In this document: piece after piece, positions 11,084 to 19,802 of the stretch
Numbering within the stretch: the stretch's first letter is position 1
How the letters are laid out: the number at the start of each line of letters is the position of its first letter
Assembly (NCBI GenBank): GCA_018714385.1
Contig: DVNL01000008.1
Location: 20,730-84,729, forward strand
Direction: 5' to 3'
DNA: 64,000 nucleotides
Source: Candidatus Enterosoma merdigallinarum
GTDB lineage: Bacteria; Bacillota_I; Bacilli_A; RFN20; CAG-288
Notes under the pieces: model-generated
Told to the model about the DNA's origin: nothing
What the model saw: only the letters and a program-made list of their open reading frames with translations
Databases searched by the model: none
Program-made: the position numbers and the translations under genes

Positions 11084-12397
11084 ATGGAAATGTTCAACAA
11101 CGTCGTCTGGTGGATAAACATCGTCGTCATCATTCTCGTCGGCTCCTGCTTTGTCTTCCAGCTCCTTTTCATGGCGCTCTTCTTCCTCAAGCCGAGGCGC
11201 TACAAGAAGGCGGAGAAGTTTCACGACTTCACCTTCATCCTCCGTGCCAGGAACGAGGAGGAGGTCATCGGCGACTGCATCGACTCCTGTCTGAAAGTCG
11301 ACTACCCGGCGGAAAAGAAGCACGTCGTCGTCTTCTGCCACAACTGCTCCGACAGGACGGCACAGATCGCAAGGGAACACGGCGCGAGGGCGATAGAGAT
11401 ATTCGACGACCATCCCGACCACCAGAAGGCGAGCTATTGCATGTACCATGGCATGAACGAGCTGAAGAAGGACGGGGAAGGCGCCTATGAGTACTTTCTC
11501 TTCATCGATGCCGACAACCAGGTCGACAGGAACTATCTTCGCGCCTGCAACGATGCCGTCGACGACGGGGTGGAGCTGGGAAGGACATTCGAGAACAGCA
11601 AGAACCTCACCGACAACATCCTCTCCTGCATGACGGGCCTCTGGTATGCCAGGGACGATCGTTTCGCCTGCCGGGGAAGGAGCGCATTGGGCTTTGGCTG
11701 CGTGATGAACGGCTGTGCCTCCCTGGTCAAGGCGGAATATGCCCTGTCGTGGGATGCGATGTCCACTTCCGACGACATCGAATTCACCATCAACCGCCTT
11801 CTGAAGGACGAGAAGAAGGTCGAATACATCGACGAGGCGGTCGTCTACGAAGACCAGCCGACGACCTTGGACGATATCTTCAAGCGGAACTCCCGCATGG
11901 GAAACGGCCTGAACAAGCTCTTCTGGTCCAAAGGCGTCCGCTGCTTCAAGATGTTCTTCAAGAACCTCTTCCGCAAGGACATGGACATGGGGACGAAATT
12001 CACCTATCTCGACCAGTTCTTCAATCTCGCGACCATACCGGCGGCCTTCCTTGCCGTCGCCTGGTTCCCGCTTTACTACATTTACACCCTCATCTGGGTC
12101 GGAATCCAAGGCCCTTTGACGATATATGGACTTGGCACGTTCGGCCTGAGATGGTTCCTTCTCTTTATCGTCATCGTTGTCGCCTGCTGCTATATCGTTC
12201 CCTTCCTCATCCAGCCTTTCGTCTCTTACCTTGCCGAAAAGAAGAGGCTCATCGTCACGAACAAGAAGGTCCTCTGGTCCTCGATCCTGCTTTTCCCCTT
12301 CTTCATGATCATCAACGCCATCGCCATCATCAAGGGCATCCTCACCAAGCCGAAATGGCAGAAGCTCAAGCGCAGCAAGACGAAGGTCGAACAATAA
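11084..12397 (+). CDS. membrane glycosyltransferase family 2 (processive synthase-like)
   Basis: N-terminal TM, then a GT-A fold with the FIDADN (DxD) motif and C-terminal TM helices. The start was chosen at the Met preceding the first TM; ORF-track alternative is 10994. Confidence 0.7.
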   Translation: MEMFNNVVWWINIVVIILVGSCFVFQLLFMALFFLKPRRYKKAEKFHDFTFILRARNEEEVIGDCIDSCLKVDYPAEKKHVVVFCHNCSDRTAQIAREHGARAIEIFDDHPDHQKASYCMYHGMNELKKDGEGAYEYFLFIDADNQVDRNYLRACNDAVDDGVELGRTFENSKNLTDNILSCMTGLWYARDDRFACRGRSALGFGCVMNGCASLVKAEYALSWDAMSTSDDIEFTINRLLKDEKKVEYIDEAVVYEDQPTTLDDIFKRNSRMGNGLNKLFWSKGVRCFKMFFKNLFRKDMDMGTKFTYLDQFFNLATIPAAFLAVAWFPLYYIYTLIWVGIQGPLTIYGLGTFGLRWFLLFIVIVVACCYIVPFLIQPFVSYLAEKKRLIVTNKKVLWSSILLFPFFMIINAIAIIKGILTKPKWQKLKRSKTKVEQ

Positions 12398-13119
12398 TGA
12401 AGGAGATCTGCTTTCTTTTCATCCACGGCATTGCCGGGTCGCCTCGCGTCTTCGATTTTCTCAAGACGTCCCTTCCTTCCGGGGTGGACGTCTTTTTCCA
12501 TGTCCTTTCCGGTCACGGAGAGGACAGCCGGTCCTTCGGAAGGAAAGGCTATCCTCTTTGGCGGAAGGAAGTCCTCCGCCGTGCGGACATCCTGCTTTCG
12601 GAATATCGCCGCATCGTCCTCGTCGGCCATTCCATGGGCTGCCTCCTCTCGATGGAGATCGCCCTTTCCTGTCCGGACAGGGTTTCTTACCTGTTCCTTC
12701 TTTGCCCGCCTTTGAAGATAGGCGTCCGTCCTGTCCCGATGCTCTCCAGCATGGCGCGAGTGCTTTTTGCAAGGCCGCCGAGAGACGAGGCGATGGCTGC
12801 CTCCTGGCGATGTTCGGGCCTTCCCCTTTCGCGGAATCCCTTTTCCTATATCCCATGGGCAAGGCCTTTTTGCAGCCTTCTTTGGAACATTCCGAAGGTG
12901 CGGAAAAGGATCGGGAATCTTTCGGTCCCCTATCTGGCTTTTCTGGCCGGAAAGGACGAGCTTGTCTCGATCAAGGCCATCCGTCATCTTCCTCCCGTGG
13001 GCAAGACGGTCCTCCTTCCGGAATCCGGACATTATCTTTTCTCGCCGGAGGAAGAAAAGACGATCCGGATGGCCTTTTCCGATTTCGTCTCAAATGGGTA
13101 TCATTTTCCCGCATGCTAG
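12397..13119 (+). CDS. alpha/beta-hydrolase fold esterase/lipase
   Basis: FIHGIAGS and the GHSMG nucleophile elbow. The ATG overlaps the GT2 TAA (TAATG). Confidence 0.7.
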   Translation: MKEICFLFIHGIAGSPRVFDFLKTSLPSGVDVFFHVLSGHGEDSRSFGRKGYPLWRKEVLRRADILLSEYRRIVLVGHSMGCLLSMEIALSCPDRVSYLFLLCPPLKIGVRPVPMLSSMARVLFARPPRDEAMAASWRCSGLPLSRNPFSYIPWARPFCSLLWNIPKVRKRIGNLSVPYLAFLAGKDELVSIKAIRHLPPVGKTVLLPESGHYLFSPEEEKTIRMAFSDFVSNGYHFPAC

Positions 13120-13150
13120 GGTATAATCCTTTTTGGAGGTCAACCTAGAA

Positions 13151-13378
13151 ATGAAAGCGTGGTTCAACAGCTGCTCCAGACTCGTCCAGGTCATCCTTCT
13201 TCTCATCCCTGTCGTCAACTGGATCGTGGAAATTCTTGTCCGCGGAGACGAGTTCCTTCACACCAAGGGCCTTATCGATCTGGTCATGCTCATCCTTGCC
13301 GTCCTCTCCGTCGGTATTCTCGGCTGGGTGGATTTGGTCTGGTCCCTGCTCTTCAAGCATCTCATCTTCGCAAAGTAA
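13151..13378 (+). CDS. small membrane protein (2 TM)
   Basis: GGAGG 11 nt upstream of the ATG and a TATAAT at 13122-13127. Two hydrophobic helices, then terminator hairpin 13391-13415. Confidence 0.5.
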   Translation: MKAWFNSCSRLVQVILLLIPVVNWIVEILVRGDEFLHTKGLIDLVMLILAVLSVGILGWVDLVWSLLFKHLIFAK

Positions 13379-13390
13379 GCCAAAGAGGAA

Positions 13391-13415
13391 ATGGGGGAAA
13401 CCCCATTTTTTCTTT
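13391..13415 (+). terminator. rho-independent terminator
   Basis: ATGGGGgaaaCCCCAT followed by TTTTTT. Confidence 0.6.
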
Positions 13416-13542
13416 TGACTGTTGTGCGATGGTTCGGATTCAAAATTGTTCAAAAAACAAATGTTTGCTTTAAATATATAAATTTCAGAAAATAGTATCT
13501 GCACTCAAGTTCTCTTTTTTGCGTTGAAAGGATTATCCGAAA

Positions 13543-14628
13543 ATGAAAAAAATGAAATTCCTCCTGCTCGTCCCTGCCCTTTTGCTCTGCGCCTGCCAAG
13601 GGGAGACCTCCTCGGCGACGCCTTCTCTTCCTCCGGCTTCGAGCGGGAGTCCTTCTTCAAGTCCCTCCTCGTCTTCTCCCTCCTCCTCGTCTTCCAAAGG
13701 CCCCGTCCAGGTGGAGATACCGACCTATGACGGCATTCCCGGGACCCCTTCGCCGATCCTCCTTCAGGGCGAGGCGCCGAAAGACTATGAGGGCGTTTCG
13801 CCTCTGGATGTCATCGATGATGGCTTCAAGGCCTATACCCTGATCGACCACAGGCTGGCGAACACGAATTACTATTGCACCATGAACGGCGTCGTCGACG
13901 TCAATGTCGACATCGTCGGCATGCACTATTCCCAGAACGTATCCAGCGTCAAGGCCTTCGTCGGCACCACAGGCGTCAGCCAGGCCGTCGCTCTCTCCAA
14001 GGACACTTTCGCAAACCTTTCCGTCAACAACGTCGAACAGCGCCTTGAGGACGTGAGGAAGGGATATTACGGTTACCGCCGCGGCATCGCCTCCACCAGC
14101 TGGATCGACGAGGAGACCGGCCTCGGCCATGTCCAGGATTGGGAAGAGAAGGACATCTCCGTCAATTCCCGTCCCACGTTCCTCGACACCTTCGGGCACG
14201 ATCTTTGCGGCGTGACGAACTATTACGTCCCCGATTCAGGATACGTGAGCCTGACGCGGGCGGCCTATGAGGAGGGCAAATACACCTTCGACTTTGAATT
14301 CTCGACGAGCGAGGAGAAAAACGCCGGCAAGTATTATCTTCGCGAGCAGCAGCACATGATGTCCACGAGCGGATCGGGCATCACGTCCAGCATGGTGGAG
14401 CTCTCCATCCGCACCTTGGCGGCAAGCATCGTCGTCGACGAGACTTTCCTCCCCATTTCCATGCATGTCGAAGAGACTTACCAGGCTAGCCTCCAGGCTT
14501 TCGACCTCGTCCGTCTCACCTCCAGCTTCGACACGAAATTCGTCTCCTTCGAGGGCGAGGACATTCCCGATGCCTATGTGGAGGACATTTTCGACGAGAC
14601 CCTGTCCAGCCTGCGGGAGGTCGCCTGA
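13543..14628 (+). CDS. lipoprotein of unknown function with Ser/Pro-rich linker
   Basis: Signal peptide plus lipobox (LLLCAC), then a low-complexity S/P linker and a globular domain of about 280 aa. The stop overlaps the ABC gene start (ATGA). Confidence 0.65.
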   Translation: MKKMKFLLLVPALLLCACQGETSSATPSLPPASSGSPSSSPSSSSPSSSSSKGPVQVEIPTYDGIPGTPSPILLQGEAPKDYEGVSPLDVIDDGFKAYTLIDHRLANTNYYCTMNGVVDVNVDIVGMHYSQNVSSVKAFVGTTGVSQAVALSKDTFANLSVNNVEQRLEDVRKGYYGYRRGIASTSWIDEETGLGHVQDWEEKDISVNSRPTFLDTFGHDLCGVTNYYVPDSGYVSLTRAAYEEGKYTFDFEFSTSEEKNAGKYYLREQQHMMSTSGSGITSSMVELSIRTLAASIVVDETFLPISMHVEETYQASLQAFDLVRLTSSFDTKFVSFEGEDIPDAYVEDIFDETLSSLREVA

Positions 14629-17018
14629 TGATTTCTCTGAAGTCCCTCCACAAGCTTTACCGCGTCAAGGGGCAGGCTCCCGTCGAGGCCCTGAAAGGCA
14701 TCGATCTCACGCTTCCCGGCACAGGTTTCGTCTTCATCCTCGGAAAGAGCGGATCGGGAAAGTCGACCCTTCTCAACGTCCTGGGAGGCCTGGACTCCTT
14801 CGACGAAGGCGACCTGATCCTGTTTGGCAAGTCGGCGAAGACGTTCACGATGAAGGACTACAATTCCTATCGGAGCGAATACGTCGGCTTCATCTTCCAG
14901 GAATACAACATCCTTCCGCACCAGACCGTCTACGAAAACGTCGCCCTCGCTCTTCAGATCCAAGGCAAGAGCCCGAGCGAGAAGGACATCGAGGAGATTC
15001 TTTCCAAGGTCGGGATCCTCGATCTCAAGGACAGGAAGCCCGGCCAGCTTTCCGGCGGCCAGAAGCAGCGTGTCGCCATCGCAAGAGCCTTGGTCAAGAA
15101 ACCCAAGGTCATCCTGGCCGATGAGCCGACCGGTGCCTTGGACAGCCAGAACACGAAAGACATCTTCGACCTTCTTTCCGAACTGAGCCGGGAGTGCCTT
15201 GTCGTCTGCGTCACCCATGACGGGGCATATGCCGAGAGATATGCCGACAGGATCGTCCGTCTCAAGGAAGGAAGGATCATCGGCGACTATGTCAAAAGCC
15301 GCGAGGAGAAAAAGACCGTCGCCGGTTCGGACAACGTCTACGTCCTGTCCAAGGGCCTCTATGAGATTCCGGAGCCGGACAAGGTCACCGGAGCCGATCT
15401 TACCGCCATCCTCGAATCGACCAAGGACGTTCCGGGAAAGGCCTATTACGCCTATGGCGAGACCATCCGTCTTCCCGTCGATCTGATCGAAGGGGACGAC
15501 TCGGAGAAGATCCCTTACGGCTTCCTTGAGAGGGATCCTTTTCTCGCGGACAAGAAGGAAGACACGCTTTCCTACAAGAGCGGCAATTCTCATCTGTCTT
15601 TGTTGACCATCCTGAAGATGGGGGCAGAGAATATCACCCATGGCATCACCCGCCTTTGCATCACGATCGTCCTGTCCATCATGGCCTTCACGATGCTCGG
15701 CGTCGTCTCCGCCGTCTCCTCCTTCGATGCCTCCGGTGCCTTTGCCTCTTCCCAGGAAATCTATTCCCAACACATGACCGCCATCACCAAGGTGTTCCGC
15801 GACGACGGGGAGGAATCGACTTCCGGCAGTCAGAACATGACGGAGCAGGACTTTGCTATCGTCCGTGAGCGGTTTGAAGAGGCCCTTCCTTCCTATCGCG
15901 CCATCGGCGCCTCGCTCTCTGCCGACCTCCTCGCTACGGACTTCGAAGGATCGGACACCTATTTCCGCACGGCTCTTTATACCGCGACTGCTCTTCCTTC
16001 AAACTATGACTTCGCCTCCCTCGACTATGATATTGTCGGTTCCCTTCCCAAAGGGAAGGATGAAGTCCTTCTCACCAATTATCATTACGAGCTTTTCTCC
16101 CGTGCAGGCGTCCGCTTCGCCGACGGAGATTCCCTTGCCGCCTCTTCGTTCGCCCCATCCGACCTCGTCGGAAAATCCCTCTTCCTTTCCTCCGGCGGGA
16201 ATGCCTCGCCTTTCGTCGTCTCCGGCATCCTCATGACCGAGCTTTCCGGCGAGGATCTGGAGAAGGCCTTCACCGCCGAGAACTACAATCGGGACGTCAT
16301 CTCCTTCGCTTCCATCGTCCGCAACTACTACAATTACGGACCGGCCCTGACCTGCTATCTCACTGAGGAGGCTCTTCGGGACGGGACAGTCCGGTCGACT
16401 TTGATGATGAACGGCTCCATTTCCTTCGCCCTGGTCCCTAGCCGGGAATCGGCCGCACTCAAGGACATCTACGGATTCGCCCAGGAGACCTTCCCTTTCG
16501 CCGACTACGACAGCGCCCTGGAGGAGAACTTCGTCAAGAAGTCCTACGTGCCGTCCACGCCGGTCTATACTTCTCTCAACGGGGCATCGTTCAAGAATGC
16601 CTTCTCCACCATCAGCCTGATCGGAATCTATGCGGCAATTGCCCTTGCCGTCCTCTCCGTCCTCATCACGATGAACTATATGTTCACGTCGATCTCCTTC
16701 AAGAAGGAAGAGATCGGTGTCCTCAAGGGACTCGGCGCCAGAAGCACCGACATCTTCGGGATCTTCGCCATCCAGGCCGTCATCCTGGGCGTCTTCAACT
16801 TCGCCCTGGCCTCTCTTCTCTCCTTCTTCGTCATCGGGTTCCTGGACGGCTTCCTGCAGAACTTCTTCGCCATCCCCCTTCACCTGATCGGATTCAACTA
16901 CGTCACGGCGCTCCTTTTGCTTCTCGTCTCGGTCCTGGTCGCCCTTCTTGCCGCTTTGATCCCCTCCTATTCCATCGCGTCGATGAAGCCGGTCGATGCC
17001 ATGAAGCGCGGCGAGTGA
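14628..17018 (+). CDS. MacB-type ABC transporter, fused ATPase and FtsX-like permease
   Basis: Walker A GKSGSGKST, signature LSGGQKQR and Walker B ILADEPT, then a large extracytoplasmic domain and C-terminal TM helices of FtsX/MacB type. Confidence 0.85.
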   Translation: MISLKSLHKLYRVKGQAPVEALKGIDLTLPGTGFVFILGKSGSGKSTLLNVLGGLDSFDEGDLILFGKSAKTFTMKDYNSYRSEYVGFIFQEYNILPHQTVYENVALALQIQGKSPSEKDIEEILSKVGILDLKDRKPGQLSGGQKQRVAIARALVKKPKVILADEPTGALDSQNTKDIFDLLSELSRECLVVCVTHDGAYAERYADRIVRLKEGRIIGDYVKSREEKKTVAGSDNVYVLSKGLYEIPEPDKVTGADLTAILESTKDVPGKAYYAYGETIRLPVDLIEGDDSEKIPYGFLERDPFLADKKEDTLSYKSGNSHLSLLTILKMGAENITHGITRLCITIVLSIMAFTMLGVVSAVSSFDASGAFASSQEIYSQHMTAITKVFRDDGEESTSGSQNMTEQDFAIVRERFEEALPSYRAIGASLSADLLATDFEGSDTYFRTALYTATALPSNYDFASLDYDIVGSLPKGKDEVLLTNYHYELFSRAGVRFADGDSLAASSFAPSDLVGKSLFLSSGGNASPFVVSGILMTELSGEDLEKAFTAENYNRDVISFASIVRNYYNYGPALTCYLTEEALRDGTVRSTLMMNGSISFALVPSRESAALKDIYGFAQETFPFADYDSALEENFVKKSYVPSTPVYTSLNGASFKNAFSTISLIGIYAAIALAVLSVLITMNYMFTSISFKKEEIGVLKGLGARSTDIFGIFAIQAVILGVFNFALASLLSFFVIGFLDGFLQNFFAIPLHLIGFNYVTALLLLLVSVLVALLAALIPSYSIASMKPVDAMKRGE

Positions 17019-17109
17019 TCCTTTCGGCCAAAAACACGTCTTTTTGCTTTCAAGGCATTCTCTTTTAAAGAAAGTTGTCTTAGAATAAAAGACAAGGAGA
17101 ATTGTGAGA

Positions 17110-17496
17110 ATGGTGATCGACAAAGAACTGGCAATGAAGATCTGGGAAGCTATCTACGGCGACAAGGAGGTCGTCCCCGATTGCTTTGGCGCCTACATGA
17201 AGAAGGACGCCTATTCCGACGAGGCGGTCCTCTGCACTTCCTCCCGCGATGGCCGTGTCTACGACTACAGCTGGACACTCGCCCGTCTCAATCCTACGGA
17301 CGTCGACAATCTCAACAACCTCGAGCCGATGATGCGGCTTTCCGCCCTGGAGATCTCGGACTATCCCGAGTTCGTCGTCCGCGGCAAGAAATACAAGGTC
17401 GTCAAGACGCTCGGCTACGACGGCTACGGCATCGAGGATGCCGACGGCAAGCGCGTCGACTGGAAGGCCCGCGAGAAGCGGATGTTCTCCAAGTAA
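17110..17496 (+). CDS. hypothetical protein
   Basis: AAGGAG 10 nt upstream of the ATG. Terminator hairpin at 17514-17538. No recognisable motifs. Confidence 0.5.
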   Translation: MVIDKELAMKIWEAIYGDKEVVPDCFGAYMKKDAYSDEAVLCTSSRDGRVYDYSWTLARLNPTDVDNLNNLEPMMRLSALEISDYPEFVVRGKKYKVVKTLGYDGYGIEDADGKRVDWKAREKRMFSK

Positions 17497-17513
17497 CTTT
17501 CTTCTGTCTCTTC

Positions 17514-17538
17514 GGGGATCCTTCGGGATCCCTTTTTG
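17514..17538 (+). terminator. rho-independent terminator
   Basis: GGGGATCC-ttc-GGGATCCC followed by TTTTT. Confidence 0.6.
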
Positions 17539-17707
17539 CTGACAAAGAAAAGGAAATGTCTTTTTGCTTCGGTCTTTGGAAGACGAAAAGCATTATAAAT
17601 GTTCCCTTTTGTCACAATTGTAAGCCATTTCACGAAGCAGACCGAGACACAAGGCATAAAATGAAGACGTCCGGAATCGTTCCGGAAGAAAAAGAGGAAT
17701 AAACAAA

Positions 17708-18148
17708 ATGGCCAAGAAAACCGTCAAGAAGGTTGACATAATCAAGACTCCCGAGGGCATCTGCCTCAACGAAAAGTCTTTCGGCAAGGTCCACGAGCTG
17801 GAGAAGAAGACGTCCATCTTCGGCGTCGAGGAGTATATCTATCGCGGCAAGCTCCACCAGGGCGAAATCACGTTCGTCGGCGGAGAAGGCCTCAAGGACG
17901 TCTATCCCACCAAGGAAGGCGAGAACCACGGCTACACCCTCGAAGGCGAAGCCCAGAAGCTTTTCCAGGCCGAGAACGCCCTTGTCCGCCACTCCGAGAG
18001 CGAAGACAGGGACTTCGTCTATGTCAATCCCCGTTCCGTCCTGAAGTTCGTCGGCGACAGCCGCAAGAACTATGAGATCCACATCCGCATCTACGACAAC
18101 TGCTACGGCAACGGCAACAATCGCTGGGTTGTCATCTTCGCCAAGTAA
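17708..18148 (+). CDS. hypothetical protein
   Basis: 146-aa ORF with an upstream AAGAGGAATAAACAAAATG. It is followed by a bidirectional terminator. Confidence 0.5.
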   Translation: MAKKTVKKVDIIKTPEGICLNEKSFGKVHELEKKTSIFGVEEYIYRGKLHQGEITFVGGEGLKDVYPTKEGENHGYTLEGEAQKLFQAENALVRHSESEDRDFVYVNPRSVLKFVGDSRKNYEIHIRIYDNCYGNGNNRWVVIFAK

Positions 18149-18154
18149 GCATAG

Positions 18155-18185
18155 AAAAAGGGAGCTTTCCGGCTCCCTTTCTTTC
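18155..18185. terminator. bidirectional rho-independent terminator
   Basis: AAAAAGGGAGC-tttcc-GGCTCCCTTTCTTT between convergent genes. Confidence 0.65.
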
Positions 18186-18193
18186 GATCGGCC

Positions 18194-18331
18194 TCAGTCG
18201 ATCTTTTCGAAGTCGCTCGCGGGGGCGCCGCAGAGAGGGCAGACGTAGTCTTCCGGCAGCTCCTCGTCCTCAATCTCCACGATGTATCCGCAGAGCAGGC
18301 ACTTGAAGTGGTGCAGTTTCTTTTCTTCCAT
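18194..18331 (-). CDS. rubredoxin
   Basis: 45 aa with two CxxC knuckles (CLLCGY...CPLCGA) and a strong SD, AAGGAGG, upstream. Confidence 0.85.
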   Translation of the reverse strand: MEEKKLHHFKCLLCGYIVEIEDEELPEDYVCPLCGAPASDFEKID

Positions 18332-18448
18332 TTCGTTGCCTCCTTTGTTCCATTTAAGCACTTTTTCTTGTCGTAGGAAAGCTTTTTGCATCTCGCAAAG
18401 GCTTTCGATGCTAGAATGGAAAAGTTTTCGTGACATCGGGAGGTGAAC

Positions 18449-19087
18449 ATGGTGATAGTCATCGGCGGCATGATCGGCCTCGGGAAGACGACGACGGCGA
18501 AGATCCTTTCCGAAAGGCTTTCCTTGCCTGTCTACTACGAATCGGTCGAAGGGAACAAGGTCCTTCCCCTCTTCTACAAGGCAAGTCGAGAAGAGAAGGA
18601 GAGGAACCGGTATCCGTTTTTGCTCCAGCTTTCCTTCCTGTCCAATCGCTATGGTTCCATCCGGAAGGCACTCTTGGAGGACAATGCCATCCTGGACAGG
18701 TCCATCTACGAGGATAGCTATTTTGCCTCCAGGAATCATGATCTCGGCAACATCTCCGACCTGGAGATGGAAATCTACGACAACCTCCTCGACCAGCTCC
18801 TCTCGGCATTGAAGAGCCTTCCCAAGAAGGCACCGGACGTCATGGTCTATCTCAAGGGCAGCTTCGACACCGTCCTGAAGCGCATCGCCGCCCGCGGCCG
18901 TTCTTTCGAATTGGGAGAGGAGCTTGTCTCCTACTACCATTTCCTGTGGGAGGATTACGACCGTTGGGTCATGGATGCCTACAAGGCTTCCCCGATCATC
19001 GTCCTCGACGTCGACAAGGTGGACATCCAGGAGAATCCGAAAGACCTGGCCTTGCTTCTGGAGGCCTTGCAGCCCTATCGCAAATGA
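18449..19087 (+). CDS. deoxynucleoside kinase (dGK/dAK/dCK family)
   Basis: P-loop GGMIGLGKTT, ERS-like SIYED, and an arginine-rich lid RIAARGR. GGGAGG 6 nt upstream of the ATG. Confidence 0.8.
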   Translation: MVIVIGGMIGLGKTTTAKILSERLSLPVYYESVEGNKVLPLFYKASREEKERNRYPFLLQLSFLSNRYGSIRKALLEDNAILDRSIYEDSYFASRNHDLGNISDLEMEIYDNLLDQLLSALKSLPKKAPDVMVYLKGSFDTVLKRIAARGRSFELGEELVSYYHFLWEDYDRWVMDAYKASPIIVLDVDKVDIQENPKDLALLLEALQPYRK

Positions 19088-19722
19088 ACAAGGGTTTCTT
19101 CCGCGACGTCCGGCTTTCGGACCTCGATGCTCTTGTCTCCCTGACGGCACAGAGCCTGGACTTTTCCCGATACTGCGACACCGAGGAAAAGTGCCTTGCC
19201 TTCGGACGCGGCTTCGTCCTGCGCCATCTCTGCGAGAGCGCCTTTGCCCAAGTCTATGAAGGGGAAGGCGAGGTCAAGGGCGTCCTTTTGGGGACGATCG
19301 AGAAAGCCCTTCTTCTTTTCGACGCCTCTTTGTCAAAAGAGGCGGAGAGACAATATGCCATCGCCTTCGGTCCGGACCGGGGAAAAGACATTTATGGCGA
19401 GGCCTGCGAGGGGATGAAGAAGGCGACCGGCCTCTCTTTTTCCGGCGAAGTCACGCTGCTTTCCCTGAAAAGCGAGGCGAGAGGCAAAGGATTGGCCAGA
19501 AGCCTTCTCAAGGCCTATTGTCGGGAGGTTCTCAAGTATTGGAACGGCAAGCCCATCTATCTCTATTCGGACACCGATTGCAACTACGGGTTCTATCCGC
19601 ACGTCGGATTCAAGAAGCTCGGCGAGAGGACGATCGATTTCGATCTCGGTCCCGAGAGGAACGGGCTGTTGACCTGTTTCCTCTTCGTCGCTGACCCGAA
19701 GATTCTTGTTGCAAATCTCTGA
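19084..19722 (+). CDS. GNAT-family N-acetyltransferase (putative)
   Basis: ATGA overlap with the kinase gene. A GNAT motif-A-like RGKGLARSLL is present. Confidence 0.55.
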   Translation: MNKGFFRDVRLSDLDALVSLTAQSLDFSRYCDTEEKCLAFGRGFVLRHLCESAFAQVYEGEGEVKGVLLGTIEKALLLFDASLSKEAERQYAIAFGPDRGKDIYGEACEGMKKATGLSFSGEVTLLSLKSEARGKGLARSLLKAYCREVLKYWNGKPIYLYSDTDCNYGFYPHVGFKKLGERTIDFDLGPERNGLLTCFLFVADPKILVANL

Positions 19723-19751
19723 GAGGCCGTGTATAGTACTCTCCGTATCGA

Positions 19752-19794
19752 GCGGGTCTACCCATGCAACCCCGCTTAAAACATTAACAGGGGG
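19752..19794 (+). ncRNA. preQ1 class I riboswitch (candidate)
   Basis: GCGGG-UCUACCCAUGCAA-CCCCGC hairpin followed by the A-rich tail UUAAAACAUUAACAGGGGG. The arrangement lies immediately 5' of a queT-like gene and closely resembles known preQ1-I aptamers (stem CUGGG...CCCAG, tail UUAACAAAACAAGG). Confidence 0.55.
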
Positions 19795-19802
19795 CTTTTT
19801 TC

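Noticed and set aside
10496-12394. 632-aa minus-strand ORF
   Set aside because: It is antisense to the small TM protein and GT2 synthase genes. It has a D/E/G-rich shadow composition.
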